From: Actinomycetales bacterium
GTDB lineage: Bacteria; Actinomycetota; Actinomycetes; Nanopelagicales; Nanopelagicaceae
DNA length: 64,000 nt
Reading direction: 5' to 3'
Assembly (NCBI GenBank): GCA_018969585.1
Contig: JAGWYB010000001.1
Coordinates: 4,821-68,820, forward strand
Notes under the pieces: model-generated
What the model saw: only the letters and a program-made list of their open reading frames with translations
Database searches by the model: none
Told to the model about the DNA's origin: nothing
Made by a program: the position numbers and the translations under genes
Part shown: positions 38,243 through 48,062 of the stretch, piece by piece
How positions within the stretch are numbered: the stretch's first letter is position 1
Layout: each line of letters opens with the position of its first letter

Positions 38243-39084
38243 CGCAAACCTATTCTCTTAACGATTTCAATAGTTGAGCTAGCCGAATTCATAGTATAAA
38301 AATGAAGTCCCGGCACTCCGGCATCCATCAAATCTGAGCATAATTTAGTTGCTAAATCAATTCCAATCTCCCTAACCATCTCCACATTTTCAGAAACTGG
38401 TGTTAGTTTTTCGACTATACTGTTGGGAATTTCAGTTCCACTCAACTGAGCCATACGGTTTAGCTGTTTAAAGTTGGTTATTGGAAGAATTCCAGCAATT
38501 AAAGTTAGTTTGGATCCAGCGGCTTCAAGCGCTTCTTTTAGCTTTATGTATTTAGAGACTGAAAAAAAGAATTGCGTAGTAGCAAAAGTTGCGCCTCGAC
38601 GCTCTTTTTCTAGCAATACCTTTATATCTTCTTGGAGACTAGAAGAAGCTGGGTGACCATCCGGGAATGCAGCTACACCAACCTCAAAGTTTTTTTGGTG
38701 AGCAATTGAAACCAATTCATCGGAATGATCTAGTCCTCCTGGAGTAGGAATCCACTTTGCACTTGGTCCGCCCTCTGGATCGCCTCGCAAAGCGAGTATC
38801 GATTTGATTCCGGACTCGGTATAACTATCTAAAATGGCCTCTAATTCGAACCTGGTTGCTCCGACACATGTCAGGTGAGCAACTGTCGGAATGCCCGTAC
38901 GCTTTGTAATTTCTCCAGTTACTTTTACAGTTCGATCGCGAGCGCTTCCGCCAGCTCCATATGTAACCGATACAAAATCTGGTTCATATTGTGCGAGCGA
39001 GGTGAGCGCTTTCCAGAGTCTCTCCTCCCCCTCGCCATCGCGAGGTGGGAAGAATTCCAGGGAAAAAGGGGGCGTTACTCTCAC
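38239..39084 (-). CDS. metF: Methylenetetrahydrofolate reductase
   Basis: 281 aa with a GTG start and FSLEFFPP, VTYGAGGS and LRGDP motifs. Confidence 0.88.
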   Translation of the reverse strand: MRVTPPFSLEFFPPRDGEGEERLWKALTSLAQYEPDFVSVTYGAGGSARDRTVKVTGEITKRTGIPTVAHLTCVGATRFELEAILDSYTESGIKSILALRGDPEGGPSAKWIPTPGGLDHSDELVSIAHQKNFEVGVAAFPDGHPASSSLQEDIKVLLEKERRGATFATTQFFFSVSKYIKLKEALEAAGSKLTLIAGILPITNFKQLNRMAQLSGTEIPNSIVEKLTPVSENVEMVREIGIDLATKLCSDLMDAGVPGLHFYTMNSASSTIEIVKRIGLR

Positions 39085-39106
39085 GAGTTGAGGGTACCGT
39101 TACGCC

Positions 39107-40171
39107 GTGCCGAGTACCTCTTTAAACTCTGTCAGAACTGAAATTGAAGATTCCCTCTCTTTTTTTGTGAAGGGTAAGGCGGAAAAGCTCAACAATATTG
39201 ATGAATACCTGCAACCGATAAGTAAATCATTATCTGAATACATTTTGGCTGGAGGGAAACGATTTAGACCTGTCTTTGCCTACTTGGGTTTTCTAGGAGC
39301 TGGCGGAGCTGCAGATCCAAAGATAGCCAGAGCCTGCGCGGCTCTTGAGTTAGTTCACGTTTGTGCACTTATCCATGATGATCTAATGGATGGTTCAGAT
39401 ACTAGAAGAAATCGCCAATCAATTCATCGAGAATTTCAGAACTATCACGACGAAGCCAAATATTTTGGAAGCTCTGAAAATTATGGAGCATCCGTGGCAA
39501 TTTTGCTGGGAGATCTTTCCCTTGTTTGGAGCGACGAATTGCTTTTCTCTTCAGGAATTGCCACGGAACAACTTAATCAAGCTCTTCCAATTTTTTACGA
39601 TATGCGTGAAGAGTTAATGGCGGGACAGTATTTAGATGTTCTAGAGAGTGTAATCGGCAAATCGAGTAAATCGCGTTCCTCGAAAATTGCTCAACTAAAA
39701 TCTGGTAAATATTCGATTGAAAGACCCCTCCAATTTGGAGCTGCGCTTTCGGGAGCTAATCCAAAACTGCTTGATGACTTTTCAAAGTTTGGCCTTGCCC
39801 TTGGAGAGGCTTTCCAACTTCGAGATGACCTTCTCGGTATTTTTGGTGAGCCAAATGTCACCGGTAAGCCGAGCGGTGATGATATTCGAGAGGGTAAGCG
39901 AACCCTCTTAATTGCTCTGACTCTAGAGAGGTGTAATGAACCAGAGCGTCGCCTGCTCGAAAAATCTCTTGGGGAAAAGACCTTAGATAACTCCGCAATC
40001 GCTGAAATTCAGGAGTTGATTTCAAGATGCGGAGCCAAGGGCGAGTGCGAGAGACTTATAGCCGAGCTCTTTGATCAGTCTATGGAAAATCTAGAGAAGT
40101 CAGATTGCATTGACGAGATTAAAGCTTTACTCGCAGAAATGGCCAAGGCCGCGACCCAGAGGGAGAAGTAA
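39107..40171 (+). CDS. crtE: Polyprenyl (geranylgeranyl) diphosphate synthase
   Basis: 354 aa with a GTG start, the first Asp-rich motif LIHDDLMDGSDTRR and the second, FQLRDDLLG. It lies immediately upstream of crtI-crtB. Confidence 0.85.
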   Translation: MPSTSLNSVRTEIEDSLSFFVKGKAEKLNNIDEYLQPISKSLSEYILAGGKRFRPVFAYLGFLGAGGAADPKIARACAALELVHVCALIHDDLMDGSDTRRNRQSIHREFQNYHDEAKYFGSSENYGASVAILLGDLSLVWSDELLFSSGIATEQLNQALPIFYDMREELMAGQYLDVLESVIGKSSKSRSSKIAQLKSGKYSIERPLQFGAALSGANPKLLDDFSKFGLALGEAFQLRDDLLGIFGEPNVTGKPSGDDIREGKRTLLIALTLERCNEPERRLLEKSLGEKTLDNSAIAEIQELISRCGAKGECERLIAELFDQSMENLEKSDCIDEIKALLAEMAKAATQREK

Positions 40172-40176
40172 ACAAG

Positions 40177-41661
40177 ATGCGCACTGTGACCGGCCCAACT
40201 GAGAAAGTTGTGATTGTTGGCGCTGGCCTCGCTGGATTGAGCGCCGCCATAAGATTGCTTGGAGCAGGTCGCGATGTAACTATCTTGGAACGAGAATCAT
40301 TTCCAGGCGGAAGAAATGGTCTACTAACTAAATCCGGATATGCATTTGATACCGGTCCAACGGTTCTGACTATGCCCTCGCTAATAGAAGATGTCATGGC
40401 ATCGGTTGGGGAGAATTTAGCTGACTGGTTAACTCTAATGCCGTTACAACCTCTTTATCGAGCTTTCTATAGCGATGGCAGCACAATGGATGTGCACTCC
40501 AACACTGAAGAAATGGAGGCGGAAATTGCCAGAGTAATTGGTGGCGACGAAGCTGCTGGCTATAGAAAATATGTTGATTTCGTAACGAAGTTATATAAGT
40601 ACGAAATGAATGACTTTATTGATAAGAATATTGATACGCCATTTGATCTACTTACACCTAATTTAGCGCGATTAATTGCTATCGGGGGATTTCGAAGGCT
40701 TGCTCCAAAAGTTGCACAGTTCTTAAAAGATCCTAGAACTCAAAGAATCTATTCTTTCCAGGCCATGTACGCAGGCGTTTCACCTCAACAAGCCCTTGCC
40801 ATCTATGCCGTTATTGCATATATGGATGCGGTTAACGGAGTCTTCTTTCCTAAAGGTGGTATGCACGCAGTGCCGCGAGCCCTAGCAGCAATAGCAACTA
40901 AACATGGCGCCAAAATTCATTATAAATCTAAAGTTACTCGACTCGAAAAACGTGGTAAGCGAGTAGTCGCTGCAATTACGGAAGATGGCACTCGATATGA
41001 ATGTGATGTTGCCATACTAAATCCCGACTTGCCTGTTGCTTATACCGAGTTACTTGAAAGACCATTGCGGCGAATAAAGAAGTTAGAGTATTCACCTTCA
41101 TGCGCCGTTCTTTTGGCGGGATCAAAAAAGAAATATTCGCACATCGCGCATCACAATATTCATTTTGGTGATTCCTGGGATGGCGTTTTTGAAGAGTTAA
41201 TTGATAAGAAGAAACTTATGAGCGATCCCAGTCTCCTAGTGACTGTTCCCAGCAAAGACGATAGTTCTTTGGCTCCAAAAGATCGTGAAAGTTATTACGT
41301 ATTATTTCCTACGCCAAACTTAAGCGCGAATATCGATTGGAAAACCGAATCTTTAAGATATCGCGATGAAATGGTGCGGGTCTTGGAAACTCGAGGTTAT
41401 GAGGGTTTTGGAGATGCGATTGAAGTAGAGCATCTAACTACGCCGCTGGAATGGGAGGAGATGGGGCTTGAGATGGGTGCTCCTTTTGCTAGCGCTCATA
41501 CATTCACGCAAACCGGACCATTCAGGCCAAATAACTTAGCTCGCGGTTTCGAAAATGTAGTTTTCACTGGCAGCGGAACACAACCAGGTGTCGGCGTTCC
41601 CATGGTGATAATTTCAGGAAAGTTAGCCGCAGAACGCATACTCGGTGCGAAGCGTGGATGA
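40177..41661 (+). CDS. crtI: Phytoene desaturase
   Basis: 494 aa with the N-terminal VVIVGAGLAGLSAA motif and a C-terminal FTGSGTQPGVGVPMV segment. Confidence 0.9.
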   Translation: MRTVTGPTEKVVIVGAGLAGLSAAIRLLGAGRDVTILERESFPGGRNGLLTKSGYAFDTGPTVLTMPSLIEDVMASVGENLADWLTLMPLQPLYRAFYSDGSTMDVHSNTEEMEAEIARVIGGDEAAGYRKYVDFVTKLYKYEMNDFIDKNIDTPFDLLTPNLARLIAIGGFRRLAPKVAQFLKDPRTQRIYSFQAMYAGVSPQQALAIYAVIAYMDAVNGVFFPKGGMHAVPRALAAIATKHGAKIHYKSKVTRLEKRGKRVVAAITEDGTRYECDVAILNPDLPVAYTELLERPLRRIKKLEYSPSCAVLLAGSKKKYSHIAHHNIHFGDSWDGVFEELIDKKKLMSDPSLLVTVPSKDDSSLAPKDRESYYVLFPTPNLSANIDWKTESLRYRDEMVRVLETRGYEGFGDAIEVEHLTTPLEWEEMGLEMGAPFASAHTFTQTGPFRPNNLARGFENVVFTGSGTQPGVGVPMVIISGKLAAERILGAKRG

Positions 41662-42562
41662 ACTCACTTCTGCAGGAATAACTGATTCTGAACTTAGAAA
41701 ATCCTATTTGGAGTGTAAACGACTAAATTCGCTTCACGGCAAAACATACTTCCTGGCTACATTGCTGTTACCTAAAGCTAAGAGACCTTTTGTGCATTCA
41801 CTGTATGGCTTCGCCAGATACGCAGATGAAATTGTAGACGCAATGGATCCCCAGAGATCGCCGGCCTCGCGTCGAGAAGAACTTGAACAGTGGAGTTGGA
41901 AGATGCTCCAAGATATTAAGCGTGGCGAGAGCGAAGATTTAATTGGAATGGCGCTCGTGGATACGGTTAAACGTTTTGATATTTCGATTTCATACTTCGA
42001 GGCATTCTTGCACTCTATGGCCATGGATCTAGAAGTTAATGAATACTCGAACTATGAAGCTTTGATGGAGTACGTCTACGGTTCTGCCGCGGTAATTGGA
42101 CTTCAAATGCTCCCCATACTTGGCTTTGAGCAAAGTCACGAACAGGAATCAAAAAATGCAGCACAAAATTTAGGAATTGCCTTTCAGCTTGCAAATTTCA
42201 TTCGAGATATCGGTGAAGATTTGGATCGAGGTCGAATTTATCTCCCGCTAGATGAGTTAAAGAGTTTTGGTGTCGATAGAGAGAAGCTGGAGAGGAGGGT
42301 TCTGACTGAAGAGATTTCTCATGCTATTAAATTCCAAATTTCAAGGGTGCGAGATCTGCAGAGTAAAGCTGCGATTGGAATTCAGTATCTAGAAGAAAGT
42401 TCTCAACCTTGCATCGAAGCAGCCAGCGAGTTGTATTGTGGAATTGTCGATGAAGTTGAAAATATCGATTATCAAGTTTTTGCAAAGAGAGCCAAAACTT
42501 CTACGCTGCGTCGATTAAAAGTTGCGCTTCCCGCTTGGGCAAGAGCAATTGCGGCACGCTAG
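41645..42562 (+). CDS. crtB: Phytoene synthase
   Basis: 305 aa with YGFARYADEIVD and FQLANFIRDIGEDLDRGRIYLP motifs. The GTG start overlaps the end of crtI. Confidence 0.9.
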   Translation: MRSVDELTSAGITDSELRKSYLECKRLNSLHGKTYFLATLLLPKAKRPFVHSLYGFARYADEIVDAMDPQRSPASRREELEQWSWKMLQDIKRGESEDLIGMALVDTVKRFDISISYFEAFLHSMAMDLEVNEYSNYEALMEYVYGSAAVIGLQMLPILGFEQSHEQESKNAAQNLGIAFQLANFIRDIGEDLDRGRIYLPLDELKSFGVDREKLERRVLTEEISHAIKFQISRVRDLQSKAAIGIQYLEESSQPCIEAASELYCGIVDEVENIDYQVFAKRAKTSTLRRLKVALPAWARAIAAR

Positions 42563-42864
42563 TCTCGCTGAACACCTCGCCGTCCCCAGTAAATCCAAAG
42601 GGACATAGTTAAAGTAACCATTGAAAAACCAAAAAATAGATCCTCGACGGGGGCAGACGCAATTCGTAGTCCAATGATGACTGATTCGTTATATGTAAGA
42701 ATTCCTCTTGAAGTAAGCCACCAATTAGTTATCAATTGAAAAAATAGAATAATCGAGTAGGCGGTCCAAAAACCTTTTCTTGTAGTCAAACGGGTTCTCA
42801 GAACTAGATAGTCAATCAATAGAACTAGAAAGACCGAAAGAATAGCTAACTGTGTATACGTCAC
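42559..42864 (-). CDS. crtYd: Lycopene cyclase domain protein (heterodimeric cyclase subunit)
   Basis: 101 aa with three TM helices, coupled by an ATGA-type overlap to the preceding small cyclase-domain gene. Confidence 0.75.
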   Translation of the reverse strand: MTYTQLAILSVFLVLLIDYLVLRTRLTTRKGFWTAYSIILFFQLITNWWLTSRGILTYNESVIIGLRIASAPVEDLFFGFSMVTLTMSLWIYWGRRGVQRD

Positions 42865-43217
42865 GCTTCGTCACCAAATTTCCAGTGTCGCTTCTGAGTA
42901 CGAACAGCTTCTATCGTCAAGAGTGAAGCTAGCGGTACAACAATGAAGAATAAGAATTCCTCTAACGGGATTCCCTTGGGTCCAAAAATTCCCACAACCT
43001 GCTCTTTATCAAACCACCAATGCCCGCTTACAACGGCGTAGTAATCCCAAACTAAGAAAATTATTGCTGTGGGGATAATGGATAGTACGGCCCTTTTCAA
43101 TCTGCGAAGAACTCCCACCTTAAGAAAAATTTCAAGCCAGATAGATCCCACCACAGTGAAAAGGAGCATTGCAAAGTAAGAGAATTTCAGCACGCCGTAT
43201 GCTAACCTTCGAATCAA
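42861..43217 (-). CDS. crtYc: Lycopene cyclase domain protein (heterodimeric cyclase subunit)
   Basis: 118 aa with three TM helices and a PLEEFLFF motif typical of CrtYc/CrtYd-type cyclase halves. Confidence 0.75.
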   Translation of the reverse strand: MIRRLAYGVLKFSYFAMLLFTVVGSIWLEIFLKVGVLRRLKRAVLSIIPTAIIFLVWDYYAVVSGHWWFDKEQVVGIFGPKGIPLEEFLFFIVVPLASLLTIEAVRTQKRHWKFGDEA

Positions 43218-43298
43218 TCGGGAGCCAAAAGTTGGCTGAGAGGACCTTCGGGTCGACCGTTAGACCAGTTTGATAATGCGAATTGGAAAGGATAAAAA

Positions 43299-43880
43299 AT
43301 GATCACAATTTTTAATGCGTGGAATTATGAAGTTACTTTGCTGGAGTTTATCTCCGTCGTAACTTCTCTAATTGCGGTTTATCTGGGGGCTCGAGGGGTT
43401 CGAATCGCCTGGCCTTGGTGGATCTTAAGTAGCGCTTTATACGCAATCTTCTTCCTGCAAGTTGACCTATTCGCAAGTGCGCTTCTACAACTGATATTTA
43501 TTGCCGCAGCTATCTGGGGATTATTTGGCTGGAAGGCCACGGGTGTGGAGCCGCGATCGATGACTTGGCTGGAGCGAGTTCTCTGGTTAGGTGCGCTCAT
43601 TATTCTTTGGACGGCTACGGCTCCCATACTCGAAGAAGTTGGGGCTGCAGCTTCTTGGCCTGATTCGCTGTTGCTCGTATCGAGCGCCATTGCGCAAATT
43701 TTGATGGTACTTCAGCGAAATGAAACTTGGATCTTATGGATTCTCATCGATACTTTCGGAACTTGGCACTATTTCCGTCAAGATCTCTTCTTTACTAGTT
43801 TGTTGTATTTTGTTTTCACGCTAATTGCGATTTATGGACTAGTGCGCTGGCGAAGCAGGTCTAGATGGCAAAATCCTTAG
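43299..43880 (+). CDS. pnuC: PnuC-family nicotinamide riboside (or related vitamin) transporter
   Basis: 193 aa polytopic protein with Trp-rich helices (AWPWWILSS, WILWILID). Confidence 0.8.
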   Translation: MITIFNAWNYEVTLLEFISVVTSLIAVYLGARGVRIAWPWWILSSALYAIFFLQVDLFASALLQLIFIAAAIWGLFGWKATGVEPRSMTWLERVLWLGALIILWTATAPILEEVGAAASWPDSLLLVSSAIAQILMVLQRNETWILWILIDTFGTWHYFRQDLFFTSLLYFVFTLIAIYGLVRWRSRSRWQNP

Positions 43881-44431
43881 ACGAACTTTTGCAATTAATC
43901 ACCAAACAACCTCCGCTGAACAAGAAGTCTTACTTGATATCTATTGATGGCCCTGCTGGGGCTGGAAAAACTACTTTAGCCGCTCGAATTAGTAGCTCTT
44001 GGAAGCAAGGCAAAGTCCATACGATTCATATGGATGATATTTATGATGGTTGGGAAAATGCTCTCACGGAAACTTTGACGCGAACTCTAGAGAATCAGAT
44101 ATTAAGACCGCTACACCTCGGAAAGCGAGCTTCGCTAAGAAAATTCAATTGGCTGACCTCAAGTTTTGGAGATTTTTATCAAATACCAGATGCGAATCTC
44201 TACTTGTTTGAGGGTGTCGGAAGCGCTCAAAAAGTGACTCGAAAATACCTGGATCAAATTATTTGGATCGATATTGATCAAGAAGTTGGGTTACAGCGCG
44301 TGCTTCGTCGAGATGGCGATTATCTTGAGAATGAAATGAGAATCTGGCAACAGCGAGAACTATCCCACTTTGAACTCGAAAACACTCGAGATTGTGCCAC
44401 CTTCCGCTTCGATGGGAACTTCTTCATCTAA
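43865..44431 (+). CDS. Small P-loop kinase, uridine kinase / Nrk1-like
   Basis: 188 aa with the Walker A motif IDGPAGAGKTTLA followed by HMDDIYDGW (compare the xDDFY motif of Udk/Nrk kinases). The start overlaps the end of pnuC by 16 nt. Confidence 0.6.
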   Translation: MAKSLDELLQLITKQPPLNKKSYLISIDGPAGAGKTTLAARISSSWKQGKVHTIHMDDIYDGWENALTETLTRTLENQILRPLHLGKRASLRKFNWLTSSFGDFYQIPDANLYLFEGVGSAQKVTRKYLDQIIWIDIDQEVGLQRVLRRDGDYLENEMRIWQQRELSHFELENTRDCATFRFDGNFFI

Positions 44432-44440
44432 AATCCTCGT

Positions 44441-46336
44441 GTGTCCGATCTGACTGGCGAAGTAATTGATGGCCGATATAAATTGAATCGGATAGTCGCA
44501 TCTGGCGGTATGGCAACTATCTACGCAGCCACAGATCTTCGACTAGACCGCGTAATTGCGGTAAAAATTATGCATCCGCATTTAGCGCAGGATGAAAAAT
44601 TCGTAGAAAGATTTATCAGAGAAGCTAAAGCTGCTGCCGCGCTTTCGCATCCAAACATCGTCGCAGTGCTTGATCAGGGTTGGAATCAAGGCGGAACGCC
44701 ATGTGTTTTTATCGTTATGGAATTAGTCGAAGGCGCAACTCTCAGGGATTACATATTCGAACAAGGAGCGACAACACTAACTAGTGCTCTACAAATGATA
44801 ATTCCAGTAGCCAGCGCGCTATCGGCTGCACATCGAATGGGAATTGTTCACCGCGATATAAAACCTGAAAATATTCTGGTTTCAAATGAAGGTCGAATTA
44901 AGATTGCGGACTTTGGCTTAGCCAGAGGTGCGCTACTCGGGACAACGATGACTGCTGAGTCCAGCGTTATTTTGGGAAGCGTTTCTTACCTTTCACCGGA
45001 ACAAGTACAGCGCGGAGTCGCCGATGCTCGAAGTGATATTTACTCGCTTGGGATTGTGCTCTTCGAATTACTTACTGGCCAGAAGCCCTATCAAGGCGAA
45101 GATCCCGTACAGATTGCGATTAGACATGTAAATGAAAGAGTACCTGCGCCTTCGACGATTAACAGCAACATACCAATAGAGATTGATGATCTGGTGCTTA
45201 GAGCAACTAATTCAGATCCAGATAAACGACCGGCAGACGGAACTGTGCTACTTGAAGAATTGCGCAAACTTTCTGAGAAAATTGATCCGCGTAAACGTCA
45301 ACTTAGTCTCGAACTAGATTTACCTCCTGCTCCACTTAAACAGCCGGTCAAGGAAAAAGAACGGAAGAAGAAGTCGCGAAATGCGGAATCAACTCAGATA
45401 GAGAGTGAGAACGAAGTGAAGCGAGAGAAAACTGGCAATACGAAACGAATCTCCAATCGAGTCCGAAGAAATCGACGGATAGCTCTTCTATTACTCATCT
45501 CTCTAGTCGGTATTGGTTGGTACGCATTTGCTGGTCCCGGATCCAAAATAGTTGTACCTTCTTTGGCTGGTGCCACCGTTAAAGAGGCTAAAACAGTTCT
45601 TGGAAATTTAGGACTGACTTTGAAGATTGGTTCTGAAGAATTTAGTGAAGATATCCCAGAGGGCAGAATTATCAAGTCTGACCCTGCTGGTGGTGGTCGT
45701 GTTGACGATGGTGGTGAAGTCACCGTTTTCACCTCTAAAGGTAAAGAACGAATTCTAATCCCAAATTTAATCGGACTGACTCCAGATGACGCTCAAGCAT
45801 TGCTCGAGGAGAACAATTTAAACGTAAGTGAAATTACTGAAGATTTTTCAGGCGAAATCACAACGGGACTTGTTATTAGGTCTACTCCGACCCAAGGCGA
45901 GAGAGTTAAACGCGATTCAAATGTAATCTTGGTTATATCTAAAGGTGTAGAGAAATTAGAAGTTATTGACTATAAAGGCAAGAGTGGCGAGCAAGCATTG
46001 AACGAACTCTCAGATATTGGGTTTGAAGTCGATACAAAGTATGTTTTTAGTGAAGATTTTCCCGCCGGCGCAGTAATCTCCCAAAACCCGATTTCCGGAG
46101 TAGCGGATAAAGGTAGTCAAGTAACGTTGTTTGTCTCAAAAGGAACCGAATTTGTATTTATTCCAAATGTATTTGCACTGAGCGAAATTAAGGCAGTTAC
46201 TGCTCTTGAGGATCAAAGCCTAAGAGTAAGCGTAAAGAAGGTTGGTACTAAGAAGGAGAAATTTGTAACTAATATCTCGCCCAAGGTAGGCAGTAAAGTT
46301 AAACGAGGTTCAAAAGTCACCATCACTGTAGGGTGA
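44441..46336 (+). CDS. Ser/Thr protein kinase with four PASTA repeats (PknB/PknL family)
   Basis: 631 aa with a GTG start and Hanks kinase motifs (VAVKIM, HRDIKPEN, DFGLA). A single TM helix is followed by four ~65-aa repeats, the first three ending in xSKG and the last in TITVG at the C-terminus. Confidence 0.9.
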   Translation: MSDLTGEVIDGRYKLNRIVASGGMATIYAATDLRLDRVIAVKIMHPHLAQDEKFVERFIREAKAAAALSHPNIVAVLDQGWNQGGTPCVFIVMELVEGATLRDYIFEQGATTLTSALQMIIPVASALSAAHRMGIVHRDIKPENILVSNEGRIKIADFGLARGALLGTTMTAESSVILGSVSYLSPEQVQRGVADARSDIYSLGIVLFELLTGQKPYQGEDPVQIAIRHVNERVPAPSTINSNIPIEIDDLVLRATNSDPDKRPADGTVLLEELRKLSEKIDPRKRQLSLELDLPPAPLKQPVKEKERKKKSRNAESTQIESENEVKREKTGNTKRISNRVRRNRRIALLLLISLVGIGWYAFAGPGSKIVVPSLAGATVKEAKTVLGNLGLTLKIGSEEFSEDIPEGRIIKSDPAGGGRVDDGGEVTVFTSKGKERILIPNLIGLTPDDAQALLEENNLNVSEITEDFSGEITTGLVIRSTPTQGERVKRDSNVILVISKGVEKLEVIDYKGKSGEQALNELSDIGFEVDTKYVFSEDFPAGAVISQNPISGVADKGSQVTLFVSKGTEFVFIPNVFALSEIKAVTALEDQSLRVSVKKVGTKKEKFVTNISPKVGSKVKRGSKVTITVG

Positions 46337-46340
46337 GCGG

Positions 46341-47192
46341 GTGAATACACCTCGTATCGGAGCACATGTCCCAACCTCTGGTGGCATGGCCAAGCGTTCA
46401 ATTGAATACGCAAAAGTTATTGAAGCTGAGGCTATTCAAGTTTTCACATCAAATCCCAGGGGTTGGGCAATGCCTGAACCCAATCGTGAAGCTGATCAGA
46501 AATTTATTGAACTATCCGCTGAACTTGATATTGAAACTTATGTGCATGCCCCATTTTTGATTAATTTGGGATCCCCCACATTGAGCACCTACGAGAATTC
46601 GCTTGCCTCAACTCAATATTCACTAAAACGTGGAAGTGAAATCAGCGCAAAAGGCGTAGTAGTGCACACCGGTTCGGCAGTCGACGAGAATCATGTGAAA
46701 AAGGCTTGGCAACAGATCAAAAAAGGCGTGCTGCCAATTTTGAACAAATTGAAAGATTCAGATCCTTGGTTGCTACTTGAACCAACTGCCGGTCAAGGAC
46801 AATCTCTGGTAAGAAAACTTGAGGATCTAAAAAATTATTTTGATGCACTCGACTGGCATCCAAAAGTAGGGGTATGTCTCGATACCTGTCACGTCTTTGC
46901 CGCAGGGCATGACATCAAAACTGCTGGCGGCATGAAGGCTACTGTGGACCTCTTGGTGGAAGTTGTCGGAGCAGAGAGAATACAGTTGATCCACGCTAAT
47001 GACTCAATGGATGTTCTTGGATCATTAAAAGATCGCCATCAAAATATCGGAGAGGGTGAGATTGGTAAGCGACCTTTCGAAGAATTATTGGCTCACCCGG
47101 CAATTGTTAATGCTCCATTAATATTGGAAACTCCTGGAGAAGAGCCTGAGCACGGTCGAGAAGTTAAACTTCTAAAGAAGATGAGAAAATAG
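46341..47192 (+). CDS. nfo: Deoxyribonuclease IV (endonuclease IV)
   Basis: 283 aa with a GTG start and the metal-binding motifs HAPFLINL, VVHTGS, CLDTCH and HANDS. Confidence 0.9.
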   Translation: MNTPRIGAHVPTSGGMAKRSIEYAKVIEAEAIQVFTSNPRGWAMPEPNREADQKFIELSAELDIETYVHAPFLINLGSPTLSTYENSLASTQYSLKRGSEISAKGVVVHTGSAVDENHVKKAWQQIKKGVLPILNKLKDSDPWLLLEPTAGQGQSLVRKLEDLKNYFDALDWHPKVGVCLDTCHVFAAGHDIKTAGGMKATVDLLVEVVGAERIQLIHANDSMDVLGSLKDRHQNIGEGEIGKRPFEELLAHPAIVNAPLILETPGEEPEHGREVKLLKKMRK

Positions 47193-48062
47193 ATGTTGGT
47201 TTTGGCGCCATGGGCACTTCTAGCTGTAGCAGCGGTATGGGGTATTTCTTTCGTTTGGATGAAAGATATTTTAGATCAACAAGATGTATTCAGTTTCTTG
47301 TTCTGTAGATTTATTTTTGCTTCACTAATCATGATTTTAGTACGCCCAGCTGCATTCAAAAAAATGAATTGGAAATTGGTTTCTCGAGGTTCGCTTGCTG
47401 GACTTGCGCTTGGCTCAGGATACATTTTTCAAACTCTAGGTCTTGAAAGAACCACGCCAGCAATTACTGGTTTTGTTACAGGTCTTTACGTTGTGTTTAC
47501 CCCATTGATTGGATTAATTGTTTTTCGTGATCACATCACTCGATTGGCTTGGTTTTATATAGCTCTGGCAACAATCGGTCTTGGAGTGCTTTCGATTTCA
47601 GGCTGGTCCATCGGAGTTGGTGAACTTTTTGTTTTAGTTTCAGCAATTCTCTTCGCAATACATATAATTCTGCTAAGTAGATGGAGTAAGAATTTTGATA
47701 CTTATCTACTTACATTTACTCAGCTTTTCACATGCGCAGTTGTGGCCGGGATACCCGCCGCAATTAATGGATTTACCCCACCGCCGGATCAACAAACGTG
47801 GAGCGTTATTGCGTTTACCGCGATATTTGCAACTTTCCTAGCCTTCATTGTTCAGACCTGGTCTCAAGCAAGAATTTCGGCGGTGAAGGTTGCTGTAATT
47901 CTCACAACGGAAGTTGTTTTTGCTGCATTGTTCTCAGTGCTCTTGGGCGTGGAGCCGTTGACCTTGCGAATCATAATTGGCGGTTCTCTTATTCTTATTG
48001 CAATGATTATGATTGTTCAACCTAGAGTTTCACCACCAAAAGATGGCATACTGCAAACATGA
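47193..48062 (+). CDS. EamA/DMT family transporter
   Basis: 289 aa with ten predicted TM helices arranged as two EamA-like halves. Confidence 0.75.
   Translation: MLVLAPWALLAVAAVWGISFVWMKDILDQQDVFSFLFCRFIFASLIMILVRPAAFKKMNWKLVSRGSLAGLALGSGYIFQTLGLERTTPAITGFVTGLYVVFTPLIGLIVFRDHITRLAWFYIALATIGLGVLSISGWSIGVGELFVLVSAILFAIHIILLSRWSKNFDTYLLTFTQLFTCAVVAGIPAAINGFTPPPDQQTWSVIAFTAIFATFLAFIVQTWSQARISAVKVAVILTTEVVFAALFSVLLGVEPLTLRIIIGGSLILIAMIMIVQPRVSPPKDGILQT

Noticed and set aside
43218-43298. An 81-nt leader upstream of pnuC with small hairpins (AGCCAA-AAG-TTGGCT and GACC-TTCG-GGTC), considered as a possible NAD-related riboswitch.
   Set aside because: The stems are short, and I see no match to the conserved cores of the known nadA or pnuC motifs. 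The region must also hold the divergent crtYc promoter. It is only worth a covariance-model scan.
43397-43406. GGTTCGAATC, a tRNA T-loop-like sequence.
   Set aside because: It lies inside the pnuC reading frame. The flanking bases do not form a proper T-stem or acceptor stem, and no cloverleaf can be built.
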